Source: Octopus vulgaris
Taxonomy: Eukaryota
Reading direction: 5' to 3'
Length of the DNA stretch: 64,000 bases
Assembly: GCA_951406725.2 (NCBI GenBank)
Contig: OX597819.1
Coordinates: 77,500,001 to 77,564,000, forward strand
Both the position numbers and the translations under genes were made by a program. The notes beneath the pieces were generated by a model. The model worked only from the letters and a program-made list of their open reading frames with translations, did no database searches and had not been told where the DNA came from. Below, one piece after another: positions 1 to 14,433 of this stretch (position 1 is the stretch's first letter; the number at the start of each line of letters is the position of its first letter).

Positions 1-297
1 TCTATCGGTCTCTTTTGCCGAACTGCTAAGTAACAGGGACATAAACACACAAGCATCATTTGTCAAGCCATGTTGGGAGGACAAACACAGACACACAAAC
101 ATATACACACACATACATATATATATATACCTACAACGGGCTTCTTTCAGTTTCCATCTATCAAATCCCTTCACAAGGCTTTGGTCGGCCCAAGGCTCTA
201 GTAGAAGACACTTTCCCAAGGTGCCACACAGTGGGTCTGAACCCAGAACCATGTGGTTGGTAAGCAAGCTACTTACCACACAGCCACTCCTGCGCCT
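1..297 (-). mobile_element. tRNA-derived SINE (abundant family, truncated by window edge)
   Basis: Minus strand starts AGGCGCAGGAGTGGCTGTGTGGTAAG (A-box-like) then GGTTCTGGGTTCAGACCC (B-box-like); related copies at ~7160-7325, ~21500-21660, ~42113-42662, ~50213-50560, ~54523-54690, ~62300-62500. Confidence 0.8.
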
Positions 298-419
298 ATT
301 ATGTATATGAGAAAGGAGAGTGAGAAACAGAGAGTAGTGTAGTAAAGTATTCTTTGCTCTTCAGATAGCTACCTGATAAATCTTGGATAGTTTAAATAAT
401 CTATATTTTAGGCAAAATA

Positions 420-985
420 TTGGGTTGTCCAGAAAGTTCGTGCCAATTTATAGTAGCTTACCTTTCGACTTATTTTAGGACATGGTTGACTCCATAAAAT
501 AGGATTTGACTACACCTCCATTTAGAGCACAGTTTAAGCTATCTTTTCATGGAAGAAGGTTTATGTTCCTATAACCTGTGTTAATTCTGTAGCCCTTTAA
601 AATGGAAGATAAGAAAGTTCATTTTTGGCACTTGATGTTTTGGGAACCAGACAAAAATTACTGCAGCTCGGCTGGGATGTGTTACCCCATCTTCCATATT
701 CACCAGATATTACTCCTTCGGATTTCCACTTATTCAGGTCTCTGCAGAATAGTCTTAATGGTAAAAATTTCAATTCCTTTGATGACATAAAAAGATACCT
801 TGATGAATTCTTTGCCATAAAACCACCTCAATTCTGGGAAGAGGGTATTTTCAAGTTAAAGGAAAGATGGAAACACATTGTGCAACAAAATGGTTCATAT
901 TTGGTTGATTAAAAATGTAATGGCAAGTATTTATTGACCTTTTTCTTTCCTTTAAAAATCAGCACGAATTTTCTGGGCAACCCAA
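420..985 (+). mobile_element. Internally deleted mariner (Tc1/mariner) DNA transposon
   Basis: TIRs TTGGGTTGTCCAGAAAGTTCGTGC / GCACGAATTTTCTGGGCAACCCAA flanked by TA; transposase N-terminus (MEDKKVHFWHLM, 602) joined to C-terminus with HLPYSPDITPSDFHLF motif ending at 912. Confidence 0.92.
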
Positions 986-1079
986 TATTAACTTTTCTGA
1001 TGCAAATTTTGATTTTATGCACAAAGAGTTGCAAAATATTTACTTTCATAGGAACATTGAATAAAACAAATTTAGAAAC

Positions 1080-1280
1080 CACTGGTGCACTGCCAGCATG
1101 GTGTCATGTAAAAGCACCAAGTACACTCAGTGGTTGGCATTAGAAAGGGCATCCAGCTGTAGAAACCATGCCAAGTCAGCCTGGAATCTGGTGCAGCTAC
1201 CCAGCCCACCACCTCTGGTCAAACTGTCCAACCCATGTCACCATGGACAAGACATTAAATGATGATGATGGCGATAATGA
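1080..1280 (+). mobile_element. 3' tail of RTE-clade LINE ending in (GAT)n
   Basis: Shares GTGGTTGGCATTAGAAAGGGCATCCAGCTGTAGAAACCATG block and GAT-repeat tail with the RTE fragments at 17597 and 31898. Confidence 0.75.
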
Positions 1281-1536
1281 TCTGAATAGTCAAAAAAAAT
1301 TTTCTAGTGAAAATGAGGTGTCATCATCATTTTACATCCACTTTCCATGATTTGAGAGCAGGATGGACAGGCTGTCATGCTTGGAGTTGTTATCAAGGGC
1401 CACTGCCCCACTGATACATTTTTGGCTTGGTTTCTACAGTTGGGTACCCTTCTTATCACCATCTGTATTACAGAATGCATTGTGGAACCAGCACTAGAAA
1501 TATGTCATGTTGCCATGTTCTCAACAAGACATTTAA

Positions 1537-1709
1537 CCCTTTAGCATTCAGATTATTGTCAAATGTATTGTTTATTTATTCACATTGTTTTGAATTGATT
1601 ATGCATTATCTCACAGCTTTGAATTTTCAATGATGTATCTGTTTATCTTTGAACGATATTGCAGGACAGGTGTGAGAGGCCAGATCTGGCCAGTTTAAAT
1701 GCTAAATGG
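1537..1709. mobile_element. piggyBac-type MITE
   Basis: TTAA on both sides; termini CCCTTTAGCATT / AATGCTAAATGG; related copy at ~34490-34993 interrupted by an RTE tail. Confidence 0.7.
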
Positions 1710-2519
1710 TTAAGGCCTCTCAATTCTACACTTCATCTGCTCATTCACTGACCACTTCAGGGTGTACAAGTAGCATGAGGGATTGCCTTGCACACTGTAA
1801 GAATAAGAGGATATTCACTATTCTAAAACATGTACTACTGCTCAAATCAGTGAGATAAAGATGAATATGAGAAAAAAATGAGGATAGATGGGTGAAAGGA
1901 GCAAAAGTATGATGATAGAAACAGAAATGAGTAGGGTGAAGGTGAGAAAGTGGTAGATAATAATAGAGGAATACAATGATAAGGGAGATAGAGGACAGTA
2001 AATGACCTGAGGGTAAAATGATGACTGGGAGTAGAGAAAGGATGAAGGTTGAGATGTATTGAATGAGGAGATTGAAAATAGGAAAGTTTCATACTATGAA
2101 GACTTGTGGCCTAGTGGTTACAGAGTTGCACTCACAATCATATAATCATGGTTTCAATTTCCAAACAAGTTGGTGCATAGCATTCTTAAGCAAAACACTT
2201 TGATTTCTTTCTATTTCCCATTGCCCCAGTCCACTCAGCTGTAAATGAATTCTAGCAATAGCTGGGAGTTTACTCTGTGATGGATTGGCATCCCATTCAG
2301 AGGGGAGTCTTGCTATTATCAGTCATGTACAGGTTATGAAAACCAGTTATGCCCTGACCAGACAAATCCTAGAATCCATTACAGACCTAGGTCTCATACC
2401 ATTCATTGTTGTATGGATAGCACAATTAATAGAGATGAGACATGGAAAGCAGTGATAGGGAGATGAGAGGGTGTCGAAGATACAAGGAAAGCAGTAGTTA
2501 TAAACTTGACGATAGATAA

Positions 2520-3150
2520 GGGTAAAGACCCCCTTCAGTCATGTTTGATCATGGGATTGCCTCTAGAAAATTCCCCTCCGAGGCAAAAGTTGTGCAAGGA
2601 AAACCAGCAGTCACCCATGCATACCAGTCTTCCATCTCCATGCCATTGCTGTTATCCAAGGGAAAGGCAAGTGATGTCAGAACTCATTTCTGCTGCTTGT
2701 TTGTTGAGCAAAGAAGTCTGAAACGTGGTCCTTTGCTATTTGTAAGACCCGCAGAAGAGAAAGCAGGTCAACCCCCAACACCGAGAGCATTGACGGATGG
2801 ATGAATGTGCATCCAGGCTCAGTGGTTGCATAGGAAGTCGGGGTCAAGAAACAGTGAGAGAAAGTTGGAGCGAAAGAGTACAACAGGAGTCGCTACCACG
2901 CCCTGCCAGAGCCTTGTGGAGCTTTTATGTGTTTTCGTTCAATAAACACACACAACACCCGGTCTGGGAATTGAAACCACAAGTCCGCTACCCTAACCAT
3001 TGTGCCTCCACTGCTACTGCTGAATGAACTGGAGCAACATGAAATAAAATGTCTTGCTCAAGAACAAAACACACCATCTGGTGCAGGAAATGAACTCACT
3101 ACCTCATGATTGAGCCCAATGCTCTAACCACTGAGCCATGTGCCTTCACA
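2520..3150 (-). mobile_element. tRNA-derived SINE with a second SINE nested at ~2698-3011
   Basis: Outer halves match the uninterrupted copy at ~51890-52225; insert resembles the SINE at 43711-44005. Confidence 0.7.
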
Positions 3151-3199
3151 CTATAGATAATACTTATGCATGTCTTCATCACTTACACAATTTTCAATA

Positions 3200-3580
3200 T
3201 TCGATTCACCATGCTTACTCAGGTGTTCAAGTCTTCTATCAACCTGGTTCTTTTGTCACTTCCATAAGCTGCAACATCTTGAGGTCAGTCTTCACTGATT
3301 TGCCTTTCCGTCGCCTTCTTCCACAAGTTCCATTCACAGAGTACTTCTGTGCACAGCTGCATCCATCTTACAAATCACTTACCCATATCAGTGCAGTCTT
3401 CTCTTTTGAGCACATTTCACATGACATCCAGGTTGTCTCTCAACTTATTTGTACTGTTACTCATTCACACTAAATTACACAATCACTGGAACACACTTCA
3501 TTTCTTTTCAGCTGTTACAAATATTCAGCAAATCATCTATGTACAATCTGTCCTTCACCGAGTGAGAAGTTATTTCTAAC
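3200..3580 (-). mobile_element. Degenerate RTE-clade LINE C-terminal fragment
   Basis: Minus-strand translation GTCGRRRRKGKSVKTDLKML resembles the RTE C-terminal GRPRKxW...DL region; similar to the ~32400-32640 region. Confidence 0.55.
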
Positions 3581-5334
3581 AAAACAGAGGTAACAGCTTG
3601 CTGTACATTAACGACCTATCCTACAACCACACCTGCTGATCAGTTAAGTAGTAAAAGCTATTAACTTCTCAAGAACTTTCAATTTGACAGAATCTATTAT
3701 TTGTGAGTTTTTGGTGCTTTTGCTTCATGCGCCTGCTGTATATGTCTGTTTACTCTGCCTGTGACCCACACCTCATGTTCCTTTGGTTTACATAGTGTAT
3801 GATGAAAATGTGTCATAGGCTGAACATCAAAGGAGATAGGACCAATGTAGAAACTGACTAAATCCATTGACTAATACCATGTTATGAGAAAGAAGACTGT
3901 AGCAGTTGCTATATGAAGGGTTAAGCTGCAATAGGTTAAGAATAGAGGTTTACATAAATGCATCTTCAAGCGAATGCCATTCTTAGCATCAACTGTACAA
4001 TACGTATTTGTGTGTGTGTCCACTATTATAAGTAAAATGTTTCTATAACATCTCATTGCTGCTGCTCATGATTCAAGTTTTTGATACTTCTGCAATACTG
4101 AATTTTTTTATCATTCCATCATCTCTGAGGCTAATCAATGCTTCTGTTACTACCTAGAATAATTTCTTGCCATCAAAAGAACTTTTAAGATTTAAGATGT
4201 AAAATTTTCATCTTACATCCATACTAGTATTCTTTCTGTAACTAATATCTAATAAACTTTGCAAAACACATTATTTTCCTTCAAATTATTTAATCTTCAC
4301 CTTGACTTATTGTTTTTTGTCTTTAAAACCAAGTTTAAGATAGATAAATAAAAGCTTTATGCAGATTCTATTTCAGTAAATAACATCCTCTCAAAATAGT
4401 GTAGTTTGCACAATTTAAGATATTTATCTAAGTCAAAAAAGATTTAGATTTAAAATATCAACTGTTTGCAATTTTGTACAGGAATATATATTTTTCTGAA
4501 GTCAAACAAGGAACAGAGGAAAATAGATTCAATAACTAAATTACACATCTGCCTCTGCACAACTTGCTTACATCTAGAAATATACACTTAGACCCAAACG
4601 CACTACAATAGGAGAACAGGTCAGTGGTTGAGACCAGAATCTTACTGTATCCTTGCAGACTGATATTCTGAACAATGTTCTTTACAGAATAAATGGCATG
4701 GCTTTAAAGCTAACAAAAGATAAAATAAAACAAAATCTGGAACCACCATTTTAAGTTATTTCTATGGGTAAACTTTTTAAGAATTCGGAGTTTGAACTTT
4801 TACTTGACTCTGGCTGAATAAAATAACTGTAAATTAAGAGAACTTGTCAAGTTTACAGCTGCTGATGAGTAACCATGGTGAACTGCATGAAAGAAACAGA
4901 TTCATCTTCACAATGTTAACTGATTAAATAAACAATCAATAACTTATATTCTTGTATAGTCACTGATCAAGTGCTGTGTATAGTTAGGTGGCAAAAACTG
5001 TTGCATGGTCTGGTTCACATATCCTTGAAAGTTCTGGTTCATTGAGCTTCTTGATTTCTCTTCTAGTTTTTAGCACATCAATAATATAGTAAAATAATCA
5101 TTGATCAGATGTATTTTGTCCATCCAATAACTTATCAATTTGTCAAAGTAAGCTAAGTGTAAACCCAACCCCATCTGAGTTTCAAATAAAGAGAAACCAT
5201 TTCTTTCTTCAATGATATATGTATGTATTTAACTTGCAACATGACAAAAACCGTTCAATCGTTTTAAAGTATTGTTACCATTTAGGTTTAAGATGGCAAG
5301 TCAAAACCATTGTTTTGTCAATATACAAAGTTAA

Positions 5335-5710
5335 GAAGACAGCAAGCTGGCAAAATAATGTTTTGTAGTATTTCACCTGTCTTTACACTCTGAGTTCAAA
5401 TTCCGCCAAGGTCGACTTTGCCTTTCAGGGTCAATAAATTAAGTACCAGTCATGTACTGAAATCATTCCAATCAGCTGCCCCACCGCCCCAAAAAAATTT
5501 TTCAGGCTTTGTTCCTAGAGTAGAAAAGAATGTTAAGGCAGCAAGCTGGCAGAAACATTAGCACACCGGGCAAAATGCTTTGCGGTATTTCGTCTGTCTT
5601 CAAATTCCGCCGAGGTCAACAAATTAGGTACCAGTTGTGTACTATGGTTGATCTAATCGGCTGGCCCCCTCCTCAAAAATTTCAGACCTTGTGCCTAGAG
5701 TAGAAAACAA
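5335..5710 (+). mobile_element. Two tandem SINE copies (GGCGGCGAGCTGGCAGAA family)
   Basis: Match the full-length copy at 23024-23257 (GTTCAAATTCCGCCGAGGTCGACTTTGCC core); other copies at ~6612-6825, ~35468-35682(-), ~48073-48283, ~51361-51576. Confidence 0.75.
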
Positions 5711-8700
5711 TATGCAATGTTAAGTTACACCCCACTATAATGTTAGTGATATACCAAGTGTTACCTTAATCAAAGACTCAGTTAAAACCCATACACATCA
5801 TCATTTAGAATACGCTTTCCATGGTGGCATGGGTTAGACCAGGGTCTATATAAGATTTGGTGCAGTCCATGGATGTGATATAGTAAATCGAGGGTCCCCA
5901 GTAATTTTTCAGGGTCCATGGAAAATATTGTGCTTCAAATTAGTAAAGTTTGCACAATAAATTGGTTATATGTCCAGAATACATAAAATATTTAAGCAAT
6001 TTTTATAGAATCCTAATATTTAATTATGAAAATACAATAGGATTTTTTAAACATTGAATGGTTAAGGGGGTCCACTCAAATAAAATGGGTATCAAGAGTC
6101 CATAGGTAAAAAATGGTTGAGAACACCTTGATTAGACAGTTTGACCAAAACTAGAAAACTTTACCAGGTTCTGGTCTGATTTGGCTTACAGCTGGGTGCC
6201 CTTCCTAACTCCAACCACTTCACAGTGTAGCGGGTGCCTTTTACATGTCACTGGCCATGACTATGATTTCACGTAGCCTGACAAGTTTTCTCAAGCACAG
6301 TGAATGTCTCGATCAGTGATGCAGCACTTGACAATCATGCTTCACCACTTCATCCCATGTCTTCCTGGCTCAACCTCTTCCACAGAGATCAACACTTTGA
6401 ATAGCTTCATGTTTAACAAACATTTACTGTAGTCAAGTATATATATACATTTGTGTATATGTGTTTGTATATACCATTTGAACATCTATATTTCTATACT
6501 TGCATGAATCAGGTAAAATTTGCTGAGTTAGATTCTTCTATGGCCTGATGCCCTTCCTGTTGACAACCCTCACTAGATTCAAAACAAGATAACATTTCCT
6601 CGTATGACATAGGGCGGCAAGCTGGCAGAATCATTAGCACACCACGCAAAATGTTTAGCAGCATTTCATGTTTTTATGTTGTGTTCAAATTCCACAAAAG
6701 CCGACTTAGCCTTTAATCCTTTTGAGGTTGATAAAATAAATACCAGTTGAACACTGGTGTCAATGTGTAATTGATTTATCCCCTACTCCAATATTGCTGG
6801 CCTTGTGTCAAAATCTGAAAGCAATATTTCCCCCATGACCAGATATGTTCCCATGTACAATTGAAAAACAAATGATACAACTTGTATGACTGATATTCAT
6901 TCACAATTATCACACTATATCAAGATGTCCACATGTCCATGATAGCATAAAGTCAGATGGAATTCACTGAAGCAAATCTTCTACAGCAGGATGCTCTTCC
7001 CATCTTCAACCATCACCTGTTTCCCCTTGGTTAGACACATTTTCACAGAAGACTGAAAATAAATGCTGCTACCTATATGCCAGTGATACTAACTACCACC
7101 TGAAGTCAAGACAAGGATAGATAGACAGACACATATATATACTAGAGAGACATAGATAGATATTCCCACACACAAGTTTTCTTCTAGTTTCCATCTACCA
7201 AATCCATTCACGAAGCTTTGGTCAACCAAGGGATAGAGTCGAAGACACTTGCTCATGCCATATAATAGGACCGAACATGAAACCATGTGGTTGGGAAGTG
7301 AGCTTCTCAACTAGTTATGCTAGTGCCTTCTTTCTGTCACTTTTTTCATATATATATATATAAAAATTCCTTCAAATTGATGTAAAGCGTTTTAAAAACA
7401 CCCACCATTTCTGTGAGATTTATTAAAATATTTACTATTACACTAATGAAACCATGACTAAATAGCTAAGTCTTATAAGGTACATCAAGTATGAGGAAAA
7501 TCTTTTAGTATGCAGAACAAAATGTAATTTCGCCAAAGCTAAAAAAAAACACTATCCCTTCTAAAATAATCGCGAATTTAAACTGGTTCAATAAAACTGT
7601 TCCGTTTTTTTAATTATCAACATATGAATGCGATGTTTTTTTAGAACACAATTTAACATGCGGTTCTTAACCAAATTGGCTTCATGATTTGTGTCTCATT
7701 GAATCTAATTACAGGTAATGTATGTGTTGTAATGATTAGCATGTTTGCAGGTGTGTGGCCAGATAGATGTTGAAACAAGCAGCAGCATTCTAAAAGTAAT
7801 TTTTGATTTATTTTAAATAAATATGAAACTTGCGTGTGTCCATTTTTTTTTTTAAACCAATTATTGTGAGGAAAGACTTCAATAATACTATTGTAAAATG
7901 AAACACATTTATTTGAAGCTATCACTGGCTGTTACTATATACAATCTATTAGGCAACAAAAGATCTTTTGTTACCTGAAAGACTGCATATTAGAAATTGG
8001 AGTAGCAATAGAGTGAATTGCCAACTTTGTTGAATAAACGCAATATACTGTTTTTTTTTTGTTTTTTGCTGGTATGTGTATGTATGTATGTATATAGACA
8101 CACATATGTGCAGTTGTGTTTGCAAGTTGCCCTAGTGGTGGTTTCTCCAACGATTTGTAGCACTTTTCTTTAACTCATTTAGATCTTGTTCCAAAGTATT
8201 AGTTTTTTCTTGTACATTATTATTTCATCAGCGCTTTAATGCCCATTTCCCATGCTCGCATGAGTCAGGTGGAATTGAGGTAGATTTTCTCCAACCAGGT
8301 ACCCACCCTGTCACCAACCTTACCCTTTCTCCAAGTAAGGTAATATTTCCCTGTGGCTGTACATGTCTTCACAGAAGACTATAAACAATCAGCATTGCTT
8401 GTATGATAGTGATGCTTGTTTACCATCATGATGTCAAAGACAAATGACACTCACACACACACAAAATGATTCTTTCAGTTTCCATTTACCAAATCCACTC
8501 AAAACGTTTTGGTTAGCACAGGGCTAGCAGAGAAAATACCTGCCTGACACCACATGGTTAGGAAGCAAGTTTCTCAACCACATGGCAATGCTTGTGCCTA
8601 TACAAAATCAAAGATTAAATGGCATTTTAAAATTTCAGTTACCACACTAATGGCAATTCTTCATCACTATTTCATTGTTATCAGTAAATCAATTTGTCTG

Positions 8701-11700
8701 CATTTGTTAAAACTCAGAGAGACCCATATTGAGTGGACTTATGACTAAAAGTGTTCTGTGACCATGTATCCCAATTACTACCATCAGGTAATATGCATCT
8801 AGAACCACATCATCTAAAATGTACTTCCTTTTAAGATGAAAGGATCTGAGGGAGATCTGCTTACTAATTTTAGCATATACAATGAAAGGTACATGGTAAA
8901 TAATAAATTATTTATTAATTAAAAAACTAATTCTCTCTAATTTCATTACTTATTTCTTCCTCTATTGCCAACACTGTCCTCAATGCTTGAATGAAGTTTA
9001 CCAGAGCAATTAAGGATTTTAAAAACTGATGGAAAATACATTTTAACATCAAAAGGAGTTTGATGTTAGCGAGACATCAACTATGTGTAGACCTGTCCTG
9101 CTAGAAATAGAAAGAAAATTTCCCTTAAATCATACCCCACAGCCTTAAAAAAGAAAAGGACACTTTGAATAATGTAGTTATAGATACACTGCGAATGACT
9201 ACAAGACAGGCCGGTTACTGATGAAATGCCTTTGTTCATTGAGCTGATCAGTCGCCGTTAACAAAGTTAAAGAATATGGCTGTTAGATTTGATTTTGTGA
9301 TATGGAAGCTTGTAAATGAAACACGAATTAAAGAGAAGAAATATGTATAATCTAAATGTATAGGTGTGTATCTTAGACTTGATAGCTACTAAATTTCAAA
9401 CAGTAAAATGCCAATGCAATATTAAGCTGAAATAGCTTTGTTTGTTCACTTTATATATCTGGTTTTTTCATGCTAGAATAGGTTCGACGAAGACTTTTTA
9501 CAGCATTTCATTTGGATGTCTTTGCTGTTGCCAATCTCTGTTTTTTCAAGTGGGTTTATTTTTTTATTCTGCTAGTCTTTGAAAATGCAGAGCAAGATGT
9601 GTTACCAGGGAAAATATACATTGTGGCATTGCTTCATTCAGGTGGTAACAAAGAAAACTGTGAAACGCCAACATTCATGCATGCACACCCAACTCATATA
9701 AGACTTCCATACCAATTTCCACCCACAAAGCATCAGTTGATCTGAGATTTATAGTATAAGGCACTTGTCTAGGGTGCTACACAGTGAAGTGCAACACAAA
9801 ACCAAGTGGTTATGCAGTTTATGAAGCAAGCTTCATATCCATAAAGCCATAGCTTACGCAGATATTACTAAATAGTTAAATCATTAAATAGGAATTCTTT
9901 TTAATAAAAATTGTTTCCATTACATTCAGCTTCACTATCTTCAGTAGCTCAATCCAGATAACACCTTAGCTTTTCATAAATGAATCAGAAATGCTTTGCT
10001 TTTTCACTAATATTACTTTTAGAAGGTGCCAGTATTAATGTTGCATAGCTTCATGATGAAGTGGTTCCTGTGTTAGTCTCAGTCATCCTTAACTAATCTA
10101 GGTGATAAGCAATTATAATACAACAGTGATTTATGACTGCAATTGTATGCCTGTTGAGTTAGAAGAAATATTCTAAATAACAAGACTTAGTTTAGGTACA
10201 ACACTGTAAAGTAAAAAAAAAAAAAAAAGAAGATAAAGACCTGAAACAGTGCTGTGTTCTTGACTCAATCTATCAAGGCAAAAACATTGTTATCATCCTT
10301 ATTACATGGTGACTGCTTGTTGATACAATATCCTTCTATATGTAAAGAAAAAGGAAAGATATCACTGTGATTCCTCAAATGTATAAATTCGACACCTTGT
10401 CTCGTGATAGCATGGGAAAACTATCATGAAAAGTAACAGTAATACAATGCATTCAAGATATGTAGCTTTCCTAACTAATAAATTTCAATATTTTCTTTGG
10501 ACTTTGAAGGATTAATCTTTCAAATATTAACGATCCAATCATAAAAAGGAGTTACAGAAGACATCATATCCAATTAGCTCAATCATACAACATAGGAAGT
10601 CAAATTTTGAATAACTCTATATAAATATGTCTATCATGAAAGTCTTTTAGGTTTTCAAATATTAAACGTGTTTATCTGATGCTTCACCTGCAGAATACAA
10701 TATATGTATATCTAACATCATAAGCTTTAGTACCATTAATTTATTTGATGTTAAGTTATGGGTTGTAGAAAAATCCAAATATAGTGTCAAGGTAGTAAGG
10801 CGCAATCACTAAAAGTTGATGAATCAAATATTACTACAAACTGGTGCTACTTTGAACACAGTGGTCTCTTCTGAAATTGGTTAAAAAGAAAAGTTCATTT
10901 CACTGATTCTTTCAGGCGACCACACTGAGATGAACTCTATTGCTAAATTAATTATATCAAATGTAAACGGGGGGAATTTTAAACAAATACAATGATGCAA
11001 ACTCAACAACACTGAATGGAGACACATTATAGTGTAACAATAAATGTAAAATTGAAGATAAAAATTCATATCTTTTTCACTGCTTCATTGTTCTCAGCTC
11101 AAATACTGTTGGAATCAACTTTATTTTTCCAAGTACACCTAACTTCCAAAAACAGAATCTTAGTCCATGAAAGAAATCCTTCTTTGTAACAGCAATCATA
11201 GGCTGCATTATTAACACTGTATTCCATTTAAATCGTAACAAACAGGGGTTGATGCACTTAAACTGGTCCATCAGATGGTCAGAATAAATTGCTTTAATTA
11301 TTTAGCTCATAATTCAGGTATCCTGCTACTGCCTTTCCACTGTCATGTAAGACTGATTCAATTTTCATATAATATCAACCGCTGCTTGAGTAAGTAAAAT
11401 CATCTTTAAACTTTGATAAGAAACTGACCCATGTCCTAAAAATTCACTTTTAAATCAAGTAAAAAAATAAATTAAGATGATAAATGATTGCCTGAATTGA
11501 TAAGCTCAAATTTTCAGATTGTTTGTTGAAGCGTAGTAAAATAATATTAATCATTTTAGTAAAAGTTTGATATATTCCTCTTTTAACTAAGTACAAGGTC
11601 ACCTCCTGTTTTGTTTTGTTTTTTTTTTCTTTGGTAGAAGGAAGCTAACTGATCCTGGATGGATGTACCAGTGGGATTTGATTTTGAAAGCACAAAGCAC

Positions 11701-14433
11701 CAAACATCGTAAAGTATCTTGTCAGCATTCTACTGACCTCACTAACAAGTTATGATAATGTAAATCTTATAACGGAACAACATGAGGCTAAGAATTGAGA
11801 AATGTGTCACAGACTCAATCTGCAAACTTCCAGCATTCAAAGGATTAAAAATTTAGTTCAACATACCTCATGCAGTAGTTTTAGGTGGTTTTTCTCCACA
11901 GAAGTGTCACTTTATTGACATTTAGTTAATTTCTTAAAAAAAAAAAAAATCTTCGTGGCGGGATGTGAATGAACAAGCTTATGGCACAAAATAATATAGG
12001 TTACAGGCCATAACCCTGAAATTTGTAGGTTTTAAATGTAAGGAAGGTACAAGCAAAAATTATGTGAGGTGCACCTCAGTGGGATACTTTTCGATTTGAA
12101 GCATGTTGAAAAGAAAATAATTTTAATATTGTTTGAAAACTTGAATGAAGACAAGCTTCGTTGGTGTTGTTGAAATTTGTCCACAATGATGATGACTGCA
12201 TATTAGCTGTCCATATGGTGTACTCAATTTGTCATTTTTATCAGACTGATCAAATTTTTGTCCAGTTATAGAGTAGAGAAGGAGTTTCTAAAATGCTCAC
12301 TAACAAATTATCGGTCAATATCAACCTTCACTGAACCTAATAATGCAAAGATAATTAAAGATTTCTGTGAAATTTGAGTTAAGTAAAAATTCTACCAACA
12401 TTTCAAACTGGAACCGCATGAAACATCTAAAGCCTTTACTGTAACCAATACTTTTGTCCTTTGGTGCGAATCTCAATCATTCAATTTATTCTAAACTATA
12501 CACAATTTTTTCTTTTGTTACTAAATTCTTAAATCATAATATAACTCTGAGTTGTTACAATGAGACTGACTAAATTCTTAAACTGTAATCTGAGTTGTTA
12601 CAATGAGCTGTAAGTATAAGGTTTTCTAAATGCTTCATTACGGAATTTCTTTAATTACAGCTACAAAATACATATGATAAATGTTTTTAATATAACTAAA
12701 TTCCTAAGTACAAAACTTTAGTGATAAGTTTAAATTCTTTCTAAACATCCTTCATCTTAAATAAATATCATTAGATAGCTCCAAATGATCAGCGCTCCAC
12801 TTTCCTAAAAACGATAGCTAGTTTTCAAGTTTAAATAACACACAGTGATTTGTACACTAACTTGTCATTCACTGTACTGATTATTTATTAAAAACTCCTA
12901 GACTGATAACATAACTGCAATGGACTATTTACAATGCTATTTGTATCAATGATAACCATTAAGGTTTGGCTATGTATATCAATAAGTGACTTCAGTTTCA
13001 AAAATGAATGCACTAAATATTTTGTTTTCTTGGTAGAAGAAAAAAGTCAAACTTGAAATTAAGGAACTTTACCCAGTAATGCATATGCAATAAGGTTCAG
13101 TTGAAGCAAGGTGCAAGTGTTAAAGTATTGGAAACTCCTTGTGTTAACAAAAGAACAGTGTGTGTTGCAACCAATATATATAGATATATATATATATACA
13201 TGTATTATCGACATCATTGGAAAGTTAAAATAGTTCGAAAACCAGTTCTGTCAAACTGATGTCATCCAATGACTAACAATTCAATAACAAGGAAGGACAA
13301 TTTAATTTGAAATCCATACATGGAAATTACCTAAATTCTAAGTCATTGACCTTATAGCTGTACAGGGTATCTCTCTATAGACTATATATTGTTCAATTTT
13401 TTTAATTTTTCACAACATTTAGACATTGTGTGCTTTAATTCTTCTGTTCATAAACTTCATACATGATTGACGAACTTTATATCAATAAAATGAAGGGTGA
13501 AGTATGTTGTAGTAGTAGTAATAGTAGTAAAGGTGAGGGAGCAGAGAATGTGAATGAAGTAAAGTAAAAGTTGCCTTCTTTAATTAAAAGGTATTTCTTA
13601 TCAATGCTAATCATTAACTAAGTTCTAGCTTCTGATTGTTTAACTATTTATTTTTTACTTCCCAAGTAGTTTACTGCCAAGTGGCTTGCTGTAGAATTTT
13701 GCATGATTATTTTATTGAAAATCATTTCAAAATATTTCAGTGAAAGAGAAAAAGGAAGAAATTTTAGTTCTTTTGGGATGAAAACACCAACTGAGACAGA
13801 CTACTATTAATACTGGCAAATGGAGAGCCTATGACAGCTATATATGAAGACAACAAAGTAGAACAGCTTAACATTTACACTTAAATAGAAAAGCTATGTA
13901 AGATTTTTCTCGAGCTTTTCTGAATTTAAGGATGGAAAGATATTTTACAGCATTGGGTTTGTTTTGCTTTTTAATGAGTAATATTTTCTCAAGGTAGTAA
14001 AATCTTTATCCCAGGTGTGAGAACTATTCTTATATAATTTCTGTGATTGAACTGAACATTAGCTGTGATGCAGTCACTTGTTCATTCAGTGACTTGACTT
14101 ATAGAAACAAATCTCTTGTGCTATAATACAGCCTTATGAAATAACAACAACAAAAAGAAAAAAGAAATAAATGATCTAACCTTAGATACAGGAGAAATAT
14201 CAAAATTGACTATTGATAACTAATACCAAACTTATCTAAAGAAATTGAAATATCTCACCATATTCTTTTTATGTGGCAACTGTTAGAATTCTATTTCTGT
14301 TTTTTTAAAAACAATGGGGTTACAAAAGAAATCTTACCTTTTGTAGATGGCTCTATGTGAAAGTTCAAAACAAAAATATAAATGGGAAAATTAAATTAAA
14401 AAAAAAAATAATGGAAGAACTGAAATGACAATT

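Noticed and set aside
3600-5300. Repeat-poor stretch as a possible additional gene
   Set aside because: No credible exon, ORF or splice pattern found.
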